From an uncultured Actinomycetota bacterium (GTDB lineage: Bacteria > Actinomycetota > Actinomycetes > Mycobacteriales > Pseudonocardiaceae): DNA of 64,000 nt. The position numbers and the translations under genes were made by a program. Positions 20,532 through 28,751 of the stretch are shown here, in pieces. The stretch spans positions 29,976 through 93,975 of the forward strand of contig CAWGTM010000025.1 of the NCBI GenBank assembly GCA_963825445.1, read 5' to 3'. The notes beneath the pieces were generated by a model. The model had not been told where the DNA came from. It did no database searches and saw only the letters and a program-made list of their open reading frames with translations. Every line of letters begins with the position of its first letter. The first letter of the stretch is position 1.

Positions 20532-20893
20532 CGCACGAGTTGGTCGCGCTCGAACGACGTTGCTGGTCGGCCCTGACCACCGGCGACGCCGGTGACTTCT
20601 ACGAGCGCGTCCTGACCGACACCATGATGATGGTGCTTCCCAGCATGGTGTTGGACCGCAGCGAGGTCCTGGAATCCTGGCTGGCCGCCACACCGTGGCG
20701 TGACTTCCAACTGGAGGACACCAGAGTCGTGTCCTTGGGCAACGGCGCGGCATTGCTGACCTACCGGGTCACGGCCTACAGGGAACGCGAGGTCGCCGCC
20801 TACCGCGCACAGTGCACCAGCGTGTATCGAAGGGTCACCGGCCGGTGGCGTCTGGCGTTCCAACAGCAGACCCCACTGGGAACCAACTCGTAG
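20528..20893 (+). CDS. NTF2-like (DUF4440) protein
   Basis: LVALERRCW...ALLTYRV...TSVYRR...WRLAFQQQTP. Confidence 0.8.
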   Translation: MTHELVALERRCWSALTTGDAGDFYERVLTDTMMMVLPSMVLDRSEVLESWLAATPWRDFQLEDTRVVSLGNGAALLTYRVTAYREREVAAYRAQCTSVYRRVTGRWRLAFQQQTPLGTNS

Positions 20894-21012
20894 CAGGAGC
20901 TTTGTCGGGGCTCGCTCCACTGGGTTCGGAACCCCACTCCTGATCACTGCGGCCGTCGCGCTGAGCTGAGACCGGCTTGCGTGGCGGCCGTCCGTACGGC
21001 ATGTTTGCGCGC

Positions 21013-21061
21013 GGAGCGCCGGGAAGTCTGGTCGGCACGCCCACCGGGACGCGGTGGGCCG
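21013..21061 (+). ncRNA. Conserved leader motif, copy 1 (candidate riboswitch)
   Basis: GGAGCGCCGGGAAGTCTGGTCGGC plus a downstream hairpin; 7 nt after the -10-like CATGTT; upstream of the CPA1 antiporter. Confidence 0.65.
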
Positions 21062-21084
21062 TTTCGACGTGGACGGGGGGCGTC

Positions 21085-22314
21085 ATGGCGCTGGTGTTGG
21101 CGTTCGGGGTCGTGCTGCTGATCAGCGTGTCGTTGTCCGGGGTCGCCGCGCGGACGATCCTGTCCACCGCGTTGCTGTTCCTGGTGGCCGGCGCGTTGCT
21201 CGGGCAGGGCGGCTTCGGTGTGGTGGACATCCCGTCGGACGGCGTGTTCGTGACGGGGCTCGCGGACCTGGCGTTGTTCACCGTGTTGTTCACCGACGGG
21301 CAGCGGGCCGGGTTGCCGGCCATTCGGGACGGTTGGCGGCTTTCCGGCCGGGCGTTGGGGCTCGCGATGCCACTGACCATGGTGGGGATCGCGGTGCCGG
21401 CGCACTATCTGGCCGGGCTCGACTGGTCGACGGCGTTCCTCGTCGGCGCGATCCTGTCGCCGACCGATCCGGTGTTCGCCTCGGCGATCGTGGGGCGCAG
21501 CGATGTGCCGCTGCGGCTGCGCCGGTTGCTGAACGTGGAGTCGGGTCTGAACGACGGGCTCGCGCTGCCGTTCGTGCTGATCTTCCTGGCCACGGCGGCG
21601 AACCGGGACGCTCATCTGGGCACGGTGGCGATCGAGCTGGTCGCGGGACTCGCGCTCGGCGTGGTCATTCCCGCCGTCGTGGTCCTGGCGTGGCGGTGGC
21701 GGGTGCTGACCGCCGAACCGAGACTGCAGGCGTTGGGGCCGCTGGCGATCGGGGTCATCCTCTACGCGGCGTGCCACCTCACGCACGCGAATCCGTACCT
21801 CGCCGCGTTCGCCGCCGGGTCGACGGTGGTGACGTTGGACCGGGTGGCCGCGGAACGGTTCGAACACTTCGGGGATCTGCTGTCGGAGACGACGAAGTTC
21901 GCCGCGCTGCTCGTGTTCGGCGCGCTCATCACCCCGGACCGGTTGGCGGACCTGAGCCTGGGGGACTGGGCGGTCGCGGTGATCGCGATCCTGCTGGTGC
22001 GGCCGGCGGCGATGATGCTGTCGTTGGTGCGCAGCACCTTGCCGCCACGGGAACGATCGGTCGCCGCGTGGTTCGGCCCCAAGGGGTTCGCGTCGGTCGT
22101 CTACGGACTGCTGGCACTCCAATCGGGCATCCCCACGGGGGAGCACGTCTTCGACCTGGTGGCCATCACCATCGCCCTGTCGATCGTGCTGCACTCGTCC
22201 ACCGATGTGCCCGTCGCCAAGGCGTTGCGTGTGGAACCGCCGGACAACCTGCCGACCGGAATGCCCGCCACCACGCCGCCGGAGACGCCTCCGCCGGACG
22301 AGCCTCGGCGATGA
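21085..22314 (+). CDS. CPA1/NhaP-type cation:proton antiporter
   Basis: LFTDG, LSPTDPV, ESGLNDG, WFGPKG; many TM segments. Confidence 0.92.
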   Translation: MALVLAFGVVLLISVSLSGVAARTILSTALLFLVAGALLGQGGFGVVDIPSDGVFVTGLADLALFTVLFTDGQRAGLPAIRDGWRLSGRALGLAMPLTMVGIAVPAHYLAGLDWSTAFLVGAILSPTDPVFASAIVGRSDVPLRLRRLLNVESGLNDGLALPFVLIFLATAANRDAHLGTVAIELVAGLALGVVIPAVVVLAWRWRVLTAEPRLQALGPLAIGVILYAACHLTHANPYLAAFAAGSTVVTLDRVAAERFEHFGDLLSETTKFAALLVFGALITPDRLADLSLGDWAVAVIAILLVRPAAMMLSLVRSTLPPRERSVAAWFGPKGFASVVYGLLALQSGIPTGEHVFDLVAITIALSIVLHSSTDVPVAKALRVEPPDNLPTGMPATTPPETPPPDEPRR

Positions 22315-22350
22315 GGTCCCGGCTGGCGTGCGTGGTGGCGTCGCGCAGAC

Positions 22351-23406
22351 TCAGCGATCGCCCTCCGCCTGAGCCGGACCGGTCAGCCGGGTAGGTGTGC
22401 CGGGTCGTCGGGCGTCGGCGGCGTCCGCCACCGCTTCGGCTGCGGCGTCGGCGGCCTTCGCTGCGTCGGCTGCTGCTTTGGCGGCCAGTTCGTCGGTTTG
22501 GGAGACCTCTCGGGTGGCGGGTGAGCGTGGCAGCGTTTCGTTGAACGCTTTCGACACGCCTTGGAGTGCGGCGGTGAACTCGCTGGGGATGACGAAGAAG
22601 GTGTTGTTCGGGCCTTGCGCGAGTTTGGGGAGTGTTTGGAGGTACTGGTAGGCCAGGAGTTGCGGGTCGGGGTCGTTGCGGTGTACGGCTTGGAAGACCT
22701 CGTCGATCGCGCGTGCCTCGCCCTCGGCTGTGAGGATTCGTGCCGATCGGTTGCCTTCCGCGCGTAGTACGGCTGCCTGCTTGTCGCCCTCGGCGGTCAG
22801 GATCTGTGACTGGCGCTGGCCCTCGGCGGCGAGGATGGCGGCGCGCTTGTCGCGCTCGGCGCGCATCTGCTTTTCCATGGCGTCCTTGATGGTCATGGGC
22901 GGGTCGATGGCCTTGATCTCGACGCGGTTGACTCGCAGGCCCCATTTGCCGGTGGCGTCGTCGAGCACGCCGCGCAGTTGGCTGTTGATCACGTCGCGGG
23001 AGGTGAGTGCGCCCTCCAGGTCCATGGAGCCGACGACGTTGCGCAGTGTGGTGACCGTGAGCTGCTCGACGGCTTGCAGGAAGTTCGCGATCTCGTAGGC
23101 GGCCGCGCGGGGGTCGGTGACCTGGAAGTACAGGACTGTGTCGATCTCGACGACCAGGTTGTCCTCGGTGATCACCGGCTGTGGCTGGAACGAGACGACC
23201 TGCTCGCGCAGGTCGATGGCGGGGTGGACGCGGTCGATGTAGGGGATCACGAAGCTCAGGCCGGGTTGCAGTGTGCGCAGGTAGCGGCCGAGTCGTTCGA
23301 CGTTGCGTGCGCGGGCCTGCGGCACGATGCGCACCGAGCGCGTCACCGTGAAGAACGCCAGCAGCACGATGAGGATGCCGACGATCAGAGCGGCGGTGAT
23401 TTCCAT
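22351..23406 (-). CDS. SPFH/stomatin (band 7, QmcA-like) protein
   Basis: VERLGRY, IDLREQV, VITEDN, LRNVVG, KQMRAER. Confidence 0.93.
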   Translation of the reverse strand: MEITAALIVGILIVLLAFFTVTRSVRIVPQARARNVERLGRYLRTLQPGLSFVIPYIDRVHPAIDLREQVVSFQPQPVITEDNLVVEIDTVLYFQVTDPRAAAYEIANFLQAVEQLTVTTLRNVVGSMDLEGALTSRDVINSQLRGVLDDATGKWGLRVNRVEIKAIDPPMTIKDAMEKQMRAERDKRAAILAAEGQRQSQILTAEGDKQAAVLRAEGNRSARILTAEGEARAIDEVFQAVHRNDPDPQLLAYQYLQTLPKLAQGPNNTFFVIPSEFTAALQGVSKAFNETLPRSPATREVSQTDELAAKAAADAAKAADAAAEAVADAADARRPGTPTRLTGPAQAEGDR

Positions 23407-23840
23407 GGTCCCTCCCTGGGATAGACGAGAGCGGTGGTGCCGGTGATCTCCATGACGTCGACGACCTCGCCGACGGGGATCACGAGCGTGGTGTCGTAGG
23501 GGCGGGCCGTCCACTCCTCGCCACCGATCCGGACCCGACCGTCCATTTCGGACACCTCCTGGACGACGAACGCCGCCCTGCCGACCAGCGCGTCCACCCC
23601 GAACGGCTCGAGGGACGGTTGGTGCAGGTGACGCAGTGCTACGGGGCGGATCAGCACCACGCCCGCCACGGCGGCCAGGGCGTAGGCGACGAGTTGGCCC
23701 GCCAGGGGGACACCGATCGCGGCCAGAGCCGCGGGTACCAGCGCCGCTCCGGCGAGTACACCGAGAGCCGCGGTCAGCGTGAAGATCTCCGCGACGCCCA
23801 GCGCGACGGCGACGACCAGCCAGATCAGCCAGAGTGCCAT
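23385..23840 (-). CDS. NfeD-family membrane protein
   Basis: Hydrophobic N-terminus, LVGR, GRVRIGGEEWTAR; canonical partner of SPFH. Confidence 0.9.
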   Translation of the reverse strand: MALWLIWLVVAVALGVAEIFTLTAALGVLAGAALVPAALAAIGVPLAGQLVAYALAAVAGVVLIRPVALRHLHQPSLEPFGVDALVGRAAFVVQEVSEMDGRVRIGGEEWTARPYDTTLVIPVGEVVDVMEITGTTALVYPREGPWKSPPL

Positions 23841-23940
23841 TCGGCGCCTCCGAGCCGGTGACGGCGTGCACGAAGACGTGCGGAACAGGCAACCTCGAGG
23901 CGGAAGAAACGGAGAAGCACGGGTTCAACTCCCTGGTCGA

Positions 23941-23981
23941 CGGCAAGCAACAGCTCTGCCGACCAGACTTCCCGGCGCACC
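23941..23981 (-). ncRNA. Conserved leader motif, copy 2 (candidate riboswitch)
   Basis: GGTGCGCCGGGAAGTCTGGTCGGC (23981-23958) plus hairpin CGGCAGAGC-TGTT-GCTTGCCG; 7 nt after TACGTT. Confidence 0.65.
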
Positions 23982-24170
23982 TGACACCAACGTAGCACTT
24001 GGGGCCCGCGACCGTGTGTCACTCGGCGTGCGGCAGGTTCTTTCGGACCGTGACGGCGGTGCCGAATCGACGCGACGTGACCTGGCGCACGTTGGCCTCT
24101 AGATGGTTGATTCCGTGCAGGTCGTGTGAAGCGGGTCGGTGTCACTGCCTAGGAGGAGGGTGTCCAAGAT

Positions 24171-24506
24171 CAATGAAGTGATCTCACCAACTTTAGTTGA
24201 GTCGGCCGTGTTCGAAGTGGGTGAGGACGAGGGCGGCTTTGGTGACGTCGCCGATCTTGCTTGGGCTGGCGGTGGTGTGGTGGAGGGTGCGCCAGCGGCC
24301 GGTGAGGACGACGAAGCCGCGTTCGCCCAGGCAGCGCAGGCCACGCAGGAATGCGTTGTAGGTGCGGCTGTCGAGGTCGAGTATCTGGTCGCTGGCGGGT
24401 TGTTTGATCGGAGTGTGCACGCCGATCCCCGCGCTTTGTAGCCCCCGTCGGCCAGTGCGGGCAGGTCGAGATGGGCTGCGGCCCAGTACAGAGCGCCGAG
24501 CACGTG
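24171..24506 (-). mobile_element. IS5-like (DDE_Tnp_4) transposase 3' remnant with probable terminal sequence
   Basis: HVLGALYWAAA...LADGGY, frameshift, then VHTPIKQP...RCLGERGF...RWRTL. Confidence 0.75.
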
Positions 24507-24982
24507 GCGACGGCGTAAGCGGTCTTCCAGGTCGACGGCCTGGCGGGTGGGCTGGTCGTCGTCGTGTGGTTCGTCATGCGATCGCGCTGCCGTTGTTGTT
24601 CGGTGGCCCCGGCCTATGACCCACACCTCGTCATGTCGATCCTGACGGCCACCATGACGCTGCTGCTGTACGCGACGTCGGAGCCGCAGAACCCGTACTC
24701 CGGTGGTGCGCAGGTGGACGGTAGTAGAGTCCACATTGGACAGACTGGGACGAACTGTCTGCTGTATGTCGCTAAAAGCGGCTGGTCTCGAGTCAGGGTT
24801 TATGCCGGGAAAGGCGCGATCACTCGCGTACATTCTATTTCACGGCGGTAAAAGCTCACCGATCAGAACAGGGCTACTCAAGGATGGGGCTCGACCGCAC
24901 GGCTCGCCGGCAGTGGATCACTCGAACTCCTGCCGGACTCCCTGTCGAACCCGCCGCGGTGACGCATGGCAGGCTGCTTTCC

Positions 24983-25480
24983 ATGGCCACGCCGAAGCCA
25001 CCGAAACCATCGAAACCGCTGTCCAAGGGCGGCAGGGTGGTCATCTGGATCCTGATCGTGCTCATCGTCACGCTCGGCGTGCTCGGTGGCGTCGCCGTGA
25101 TCGCCGATGGAGTCAACGGCGGCGATGCCCTGGCCGAGGGGCCGGTCGGCACCCTCACCCCCACCGACCTCGAGTGTGGCGACGAAAGCTGCTGGTGGAT
25201 CGGCGAGTTCGTCAGCGCGGACGGCGCGATCACCCGGAGCGGTGTCAGGCTGCGCGACGCCGAGAAGGTCCGCAGGGGCGACCCGATGCCGAGCGGGATC
25301 GACAACGTGCGCCTGCACGACGACGCTGAGCGCCCCACCGCCTACACCGACGACTACAACCCGGTCCCGGGTATCGTCGGCGGCGGGTTCCTGGTGGTGT
25401 TCTGCCTGGTGACAGCGGTGTTGCTGACGCGGATGGTCAGGCGTCACACAGCGGAACGCTCACGCCGACCAGGCGGCTGA
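24983..25480 (+). CDS. Hypothetical membrane protein (two TMs, extracellular loop with a Cys pair)
   Basis: Hydrophobic segments at both ends; ECGDESCWWIGEF. Confidence 0.7.
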   Translation: MATPKPPKPSKPLSKGGRVVIWILIVLIVTLGVLGGVAVIADGVNGGDALAEGPVGTLTPTDLECGDESCWWIGEFVSADGAITRSGVRLRDAEKVRRGDPMPSGIDNVRLHDDAERPTAYTDDYNPVPGIVGGGFLVVFCLVTAVLLTRMVRRHTAERSRRPGG

Positions 25481-25649
25481 GGCGTAGTCCGCGAAGTCGA
25501 TCGAGCACCTGCCGCCCCCCGTCAGCGGGCCCCGCGCGGTGCCCGGCCCGCGTCGCGGCGAACATCACGTTCCGCTCGTCCGCGACCATGAGGCCTCGGC
25601 AGGCCTTCGGCCCGCAACGACGCCCGGTACCGCGCGGGCGTCACCTCCT

Positions 25650-25929
25650 CGCCCCGGATCTGCGCGACGCGTTGCAGCGAGCCAAAGACGACGGTGTGAC
25701 GCGCCTGGTCCTGGACGGCGAGCTGTTCTCCAGTGATCGGAAGAGCGAGAAGACGACCAATGTCAAGGGCGAGCAGCTCGACGCCTGGAACTCCGGCAAG
25801 CACCGTGAAGAGGGCGGCAACGTCCAGGCGCTGATGGAACCCGATGGGATCCCGCTGTGGCTCTCCGAGGTCGAACCGGGCTCCACCCACAACATCACCG
25901 CGGCTCCGAGAACACGTTCTCGGAGCACC
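25650..25929 (+). mobile_element. IS5-like (DDE_Tnp_4) transposase internal remnant
   Basis: APDLRDAL...LVLDG...SGKH...GGNVQ...PDGIPLWLSEVEPGSTH. Confidence 0.75.
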
Positions 25930-26097
25930 CATCCAGGATGACTGTTATGTCCGCAATGGTGCCGGCGTTGGTGTTCATCGCGGCGTTTGTCGTGTTGGCG
26001 TTGTCGATCAGGTTCGCGGGTCGGTCGGTCGGCTCGCGACCGCTGAGGCTCCGCGCCCGATTTGCTCCACAGCCGTGCGTACGGCATGGTTGCTGGT

Positions 26098-26144
26098 GGT
26101 GCGCCGGGAAGTCTGGTCGGCCGTCCGTCCCAGCCGGGGCCGAC
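26098..26144 (+). ncRNA. Conserved leader motif, copy 3 (candidate riboswitch)
   Basis: GGTGCGCCGGGAAGTCTGGTCGGC plus GTCGGCC/GGCCGAC stem; 7 nt after CATGGT; upstream of the mrp operon. Confidence 0.65.
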
Positions 26145-26214
26145 GTTGTGCGCCGACCCCTGGGATCATGAGCATGAAGCTGGTTCGCGGTACCGCTGAT
26201 GCGTTCGGTGGCCG

Positions 26215-26763
26215 GTGGGTCCGAGCCGGGCGGCGCCGCGTGACCGACTCCACCAGCGCCTCGCCCTCTTCGGGTGGGGGCCGCAAAGCGGGGGCGTGCT
26301 GCACACCGCGCCCGCGCTGATCGTGTTCTGGATCATCCTGTCCGGACACTTCGAGGTGTTGTTCCTGTCGCTCGGCGCGGCGTCGGTGCTGCTGGTCTGC
26401 CTGATCTCGTATCGTGCCGGCGTGCTCGAGCGCGACGGGATCACCTTCGCGCTGGTGCTGGGCCTGCCGCGGTACCTGCTGTGGCTGGTCAAGGAGGTAC
26501 TCGTCTCGGCGGTCGGTGTGGTGCGCAAGGCCTGGTCGCCGCGTCCTGACCTGCGGCCGATCGTGGCGAAGACCCCCTCCCCGGGGTTGTCCGAGGTCGG
26601 CCAGGTCGTCTACGCGAACTCCATCACCTTCACGCCGGGCACGCTCTCCTTCGACGTGGACGACGACTGCATCAACGTCCACAGCCTCGACGAGGCGGGC
26701 ATCGAGGACCTGCGTGCCGGGGCGATGTTGCGCCGGGTCCGCCGGCTGGAGCCGCGCCGATGA
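26215..26763 (+). CDS. mrpE: Mrp Na+/H+ antiporter subunit E (start uncertain, possibly 26296)
   Basis: FWIILSGHF, YANSITFTPGT, VHSL. Confidence 0.9.
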   Translation: MGPSRAAPRDRLHQRLALFGWGPQSGGVLHTAPALIVFWIILSGHFEVLFLSLGAASVLLVCLISYRAGVLERDGITFALVLGLPRYLLWLVKEVLVSAVGVVRKAWSPRPDLRPIVAKTPSPGLSEVGQVVYANSITFTPGTLSFDVDDDCINVHSLDEAGIEDLRAGAMLRRVRRLEPRR

Positions 26764-27047
26764 TCTACGCGGTGATGGCCGCGGTGCTGGTCGCCATGCT
26801 GCTCGTGCTGGTGCGCGCGTTCGTGGGGCCCGGCCGGTACAACCGCATTCTCGCGATCAACACGTTCGGCACCAAGACCGTGCTGTTCGTGGCGATCGCC
26901 GGGTTCCTCTTCGGACGGCCGGAGTTCCTCGACATCGCGATCCTCTACGCGCTCGTCAACTTCGTGTCCGTCGTCGCGGTGCTGCGCCTGACCCACCGGG
27001 ACGACCGGGACGACCCGACCGAGCAGAACGAGCAGGTGGCGCGATGA
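26760..27047 (+). CDS. mrpF: Mrp subunit F
   Basis: GPGRYNRILAINTFGTK, DIAILYALVNF. Confidence 0.9.
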   Translation: MIYAVMAAVLVAMLLVLVRAFVGPGRYNRILAINTFGTKTVLFVAIAGFLFGRPEFLDIAILYALVNFVSVVAVLRLTHRDDRDDPTEQNEQVAR

Positions 27048-27358
27048 CCGTCGTCGACATCGTGAGCGGTGTGCTGCTGGGCGCGGGTGGTCTGTTCGTC
27101 CTGTCCGGGGGCGTGGGGTTGCTGCGGTTCCCGGACTTCTACACGCGCACCCACGCGGCGGGCATCACCGACTCCGCTGGTGCCGGTTTGATCCTGCTGG
27201 GCCTGCTGGTGTTGACCCCGGGGTGGGAGACGGGGATCCGGCTGGTGATCATCATGGTGTTCCTGCTGCTGACCAGTCCCACCGCGACGTACGTGCTGGC
27301 GTTCGCCGCCCGCCGCGACGGGGTGCGGATCTGGCGCGAGGGGGATCGGCGCCGTTGA
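27044..27358 (+). CDS. mrpG: Mrp subunit G
   Basis: GLLRFPDFYTRTHAAGITD, LTSPTA. Confidence 0.92.
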   Translation: MTVVDIVSGVLLGAGGLFVLSGGVGLLRFPDFYTRTHAAGITDSAGAGLILLGLLVLTPGWETGIRLVIIMVFLLLTSPTATYVLAFAARRDGVRIWREGDRRR

Positions 27359-28362
27359 TGACCGCCTTCATAATGATCAACATCACGCTTCTCGCGGTCC
27401 TGGTGGCCACGGCGCTCACCATCTCGCGCATGCGGGCCCTGTACGAGGCCACCATGTTGACCGCGTTGTTCAGCCTGGTCACCGCGTGCCTGTTCGTGCT
27501 GATGGACGCCGTGGACGTCGCCTTCACCGAGGCCGCGGTCGGGGTGGGCATCAGTACGGTGCTGCTGCTCGGTGGCCTGAGCCTGACCCGGTCGCGGGAG
27601 GCCGTGACCGCCCGCCGGCGCCGGATCCCCGGGGCCGTCGTCGCGATCCTGACCGGCGGGACGCTGATCTACGCGGTGCAGGACCTGCCCGGCTTCGGCT
27701 CGGCCGACACCCCGATCCGCGACCACCCCATCACCGATGTCTACCTGCGACAGTCCCAGGAGGACATCGGTATCCCGAACACCGTCACCTCGGTACTCGC
27801 GAGCTACCGCGGCCTGGACACGCTGGGCGAGCTGGTGGTGGTGTTCACCGCGGCGGTCACCGTTCTCATCCTGCTCGGGCCGCTCGCCCGGCCGGCGGAC
27901 GCCGCGTGGCGCAAGGACCTCGACCTCGTCGACTACCGGGTCCTTCGGGTGGTGAGCGCGATCCTGATGCCGTTCATCCTGCTGTTCGCCCTGTACGTGC
28001 TCTTCCACGGCGACTTCGGTCCCGGCGGCGGCTTCCAGGCGGGCGTGATCTTCGCGTCCGGCTTCGTTCTCTACGGACTGGTGTTCGGTCTGGACAAGGC
28101 CCAGCAGGTGCTGCCGAAGGCGGTGCTCTGGTCGCTGATCCCGCTCGGCCTGCTGGTGTTCGTGGGCGTCGGCGTGGCGACCCTGCTGCTCGGCGGCTCG
28201 TTCCTCGACTACGACCTGCTCAGCCCCGGCGACCCGGCCGCGGGCCAGCACCTCGGGATCCTGCTCGTCGAGTCCGCCATCGGCCTGACCGTCGCGGCGG
28301 TCATGACGTCGATCTTCTTCAGCTTCGCCAACCGAAGGGCGACCCAGGGGGTGACCCGGTGA
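27358..28362 (+). CDS. mrpB: Mrp subunit B (DUF4040 + MnhB fusion)
   Basis: DAVDVAFTEAAVGVG, NTVTSVLASYRGLDTLGE, HGDFGPGGGFQAG. Confidence 0.9.
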   Translation: MTAFIMINITLLAVLVATALTISRMRALYEATMLTALFSLVTACLFVLMDAVDVAFTEAAVGVGISTVLLLGGLSLTRSREAVTARRRRIPGAVVAILTGGTLIYAVQDLPGFGSADTPIRDHPITDVYLRQSQEDIGIPNTVTSVLASYRGLDTLGELVVVFTAAVTVLILLGPLARPADAAWRKDLDLVDYRVLRVVSAILMPFILLFALYVLFHGDFGPGGGFQAGVIFASGFVLYGLVFGLDKAQQVLPKAVLWSLIPLGLLVFVGVGVATLLLGGSFLDYDLLSPGDPAAGQHLGILLVESAIGLTVAAVMTSIFFSFANRRATQGVTR

Positions 28363-28751
28363 TCGGGACTCACTACGTCTACTGGCTGCTCTTCGCGCTC
28401 ATGATGATCGGGCTGTACGTGGTCATCAGCCACGGCAACCTGCTCAAGAAGCTGATCGGCCTCACCCTGTTCCAGGTCGGCGTGTTCCTGTTCTTCATCA
28501 GCCTCGGCAAGGTCGACGGGGGCAGCGCGCCGATCGTCTCCGAGGACGTGGAGACCTACTCCCACCCGCTGCCGCAGGTGTTGATCCTGACGGCCATCGT
28601 GGTCGGCGTCGCCACCCTGGCGGTCGGCCTGGCGCTCTCGGTCCGGGTCTTCGAGGCGTACGGCACGGTCGAGGAGGACGACCTGGTCGAGCGCGAGGAG
28701 GACGAGCTGGTCGCGCAGGAGTCCGGCGACCGCGACGGGGCCGCCTCGTGA
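28359..28751 (+). CDS. mrpC: Mrp subunit C
   Basis: NLLKKLIGL, PLPQVLILTAIVVG. Confidence 0.92.
   Translation: MIGTHYVYWLLFALMMIGLYVVISHGNLLKKLIGLTLFQVGVFLFFISLGKVDGGSAPIVSEDVETYSHPLPQVLILTAIVVGVATLAVGLALSVRVFEAYGTVEEDDLVEREEDELVAQESGDRDGAAS

Noticed and set aside
24630-24725. MSILTATMTLLLYATSEPQNPYSGG, perhaps a DUF4239-like tail
   Set aside because: Too short to support
21013-26121. 24-nt motif as IS ends or REP elements
   Set aside because: Always sense to a downstream operon at a fixed distance from a -10-like hexamer; does not bracket the transposase remnants as terminal repeats
25938-26171. Small hydrophobic ORF MTVMSAMVPALVFIAAF
   Set aside because: Starts at an IS junction and runs through the mrp promoter and leader; no independent support
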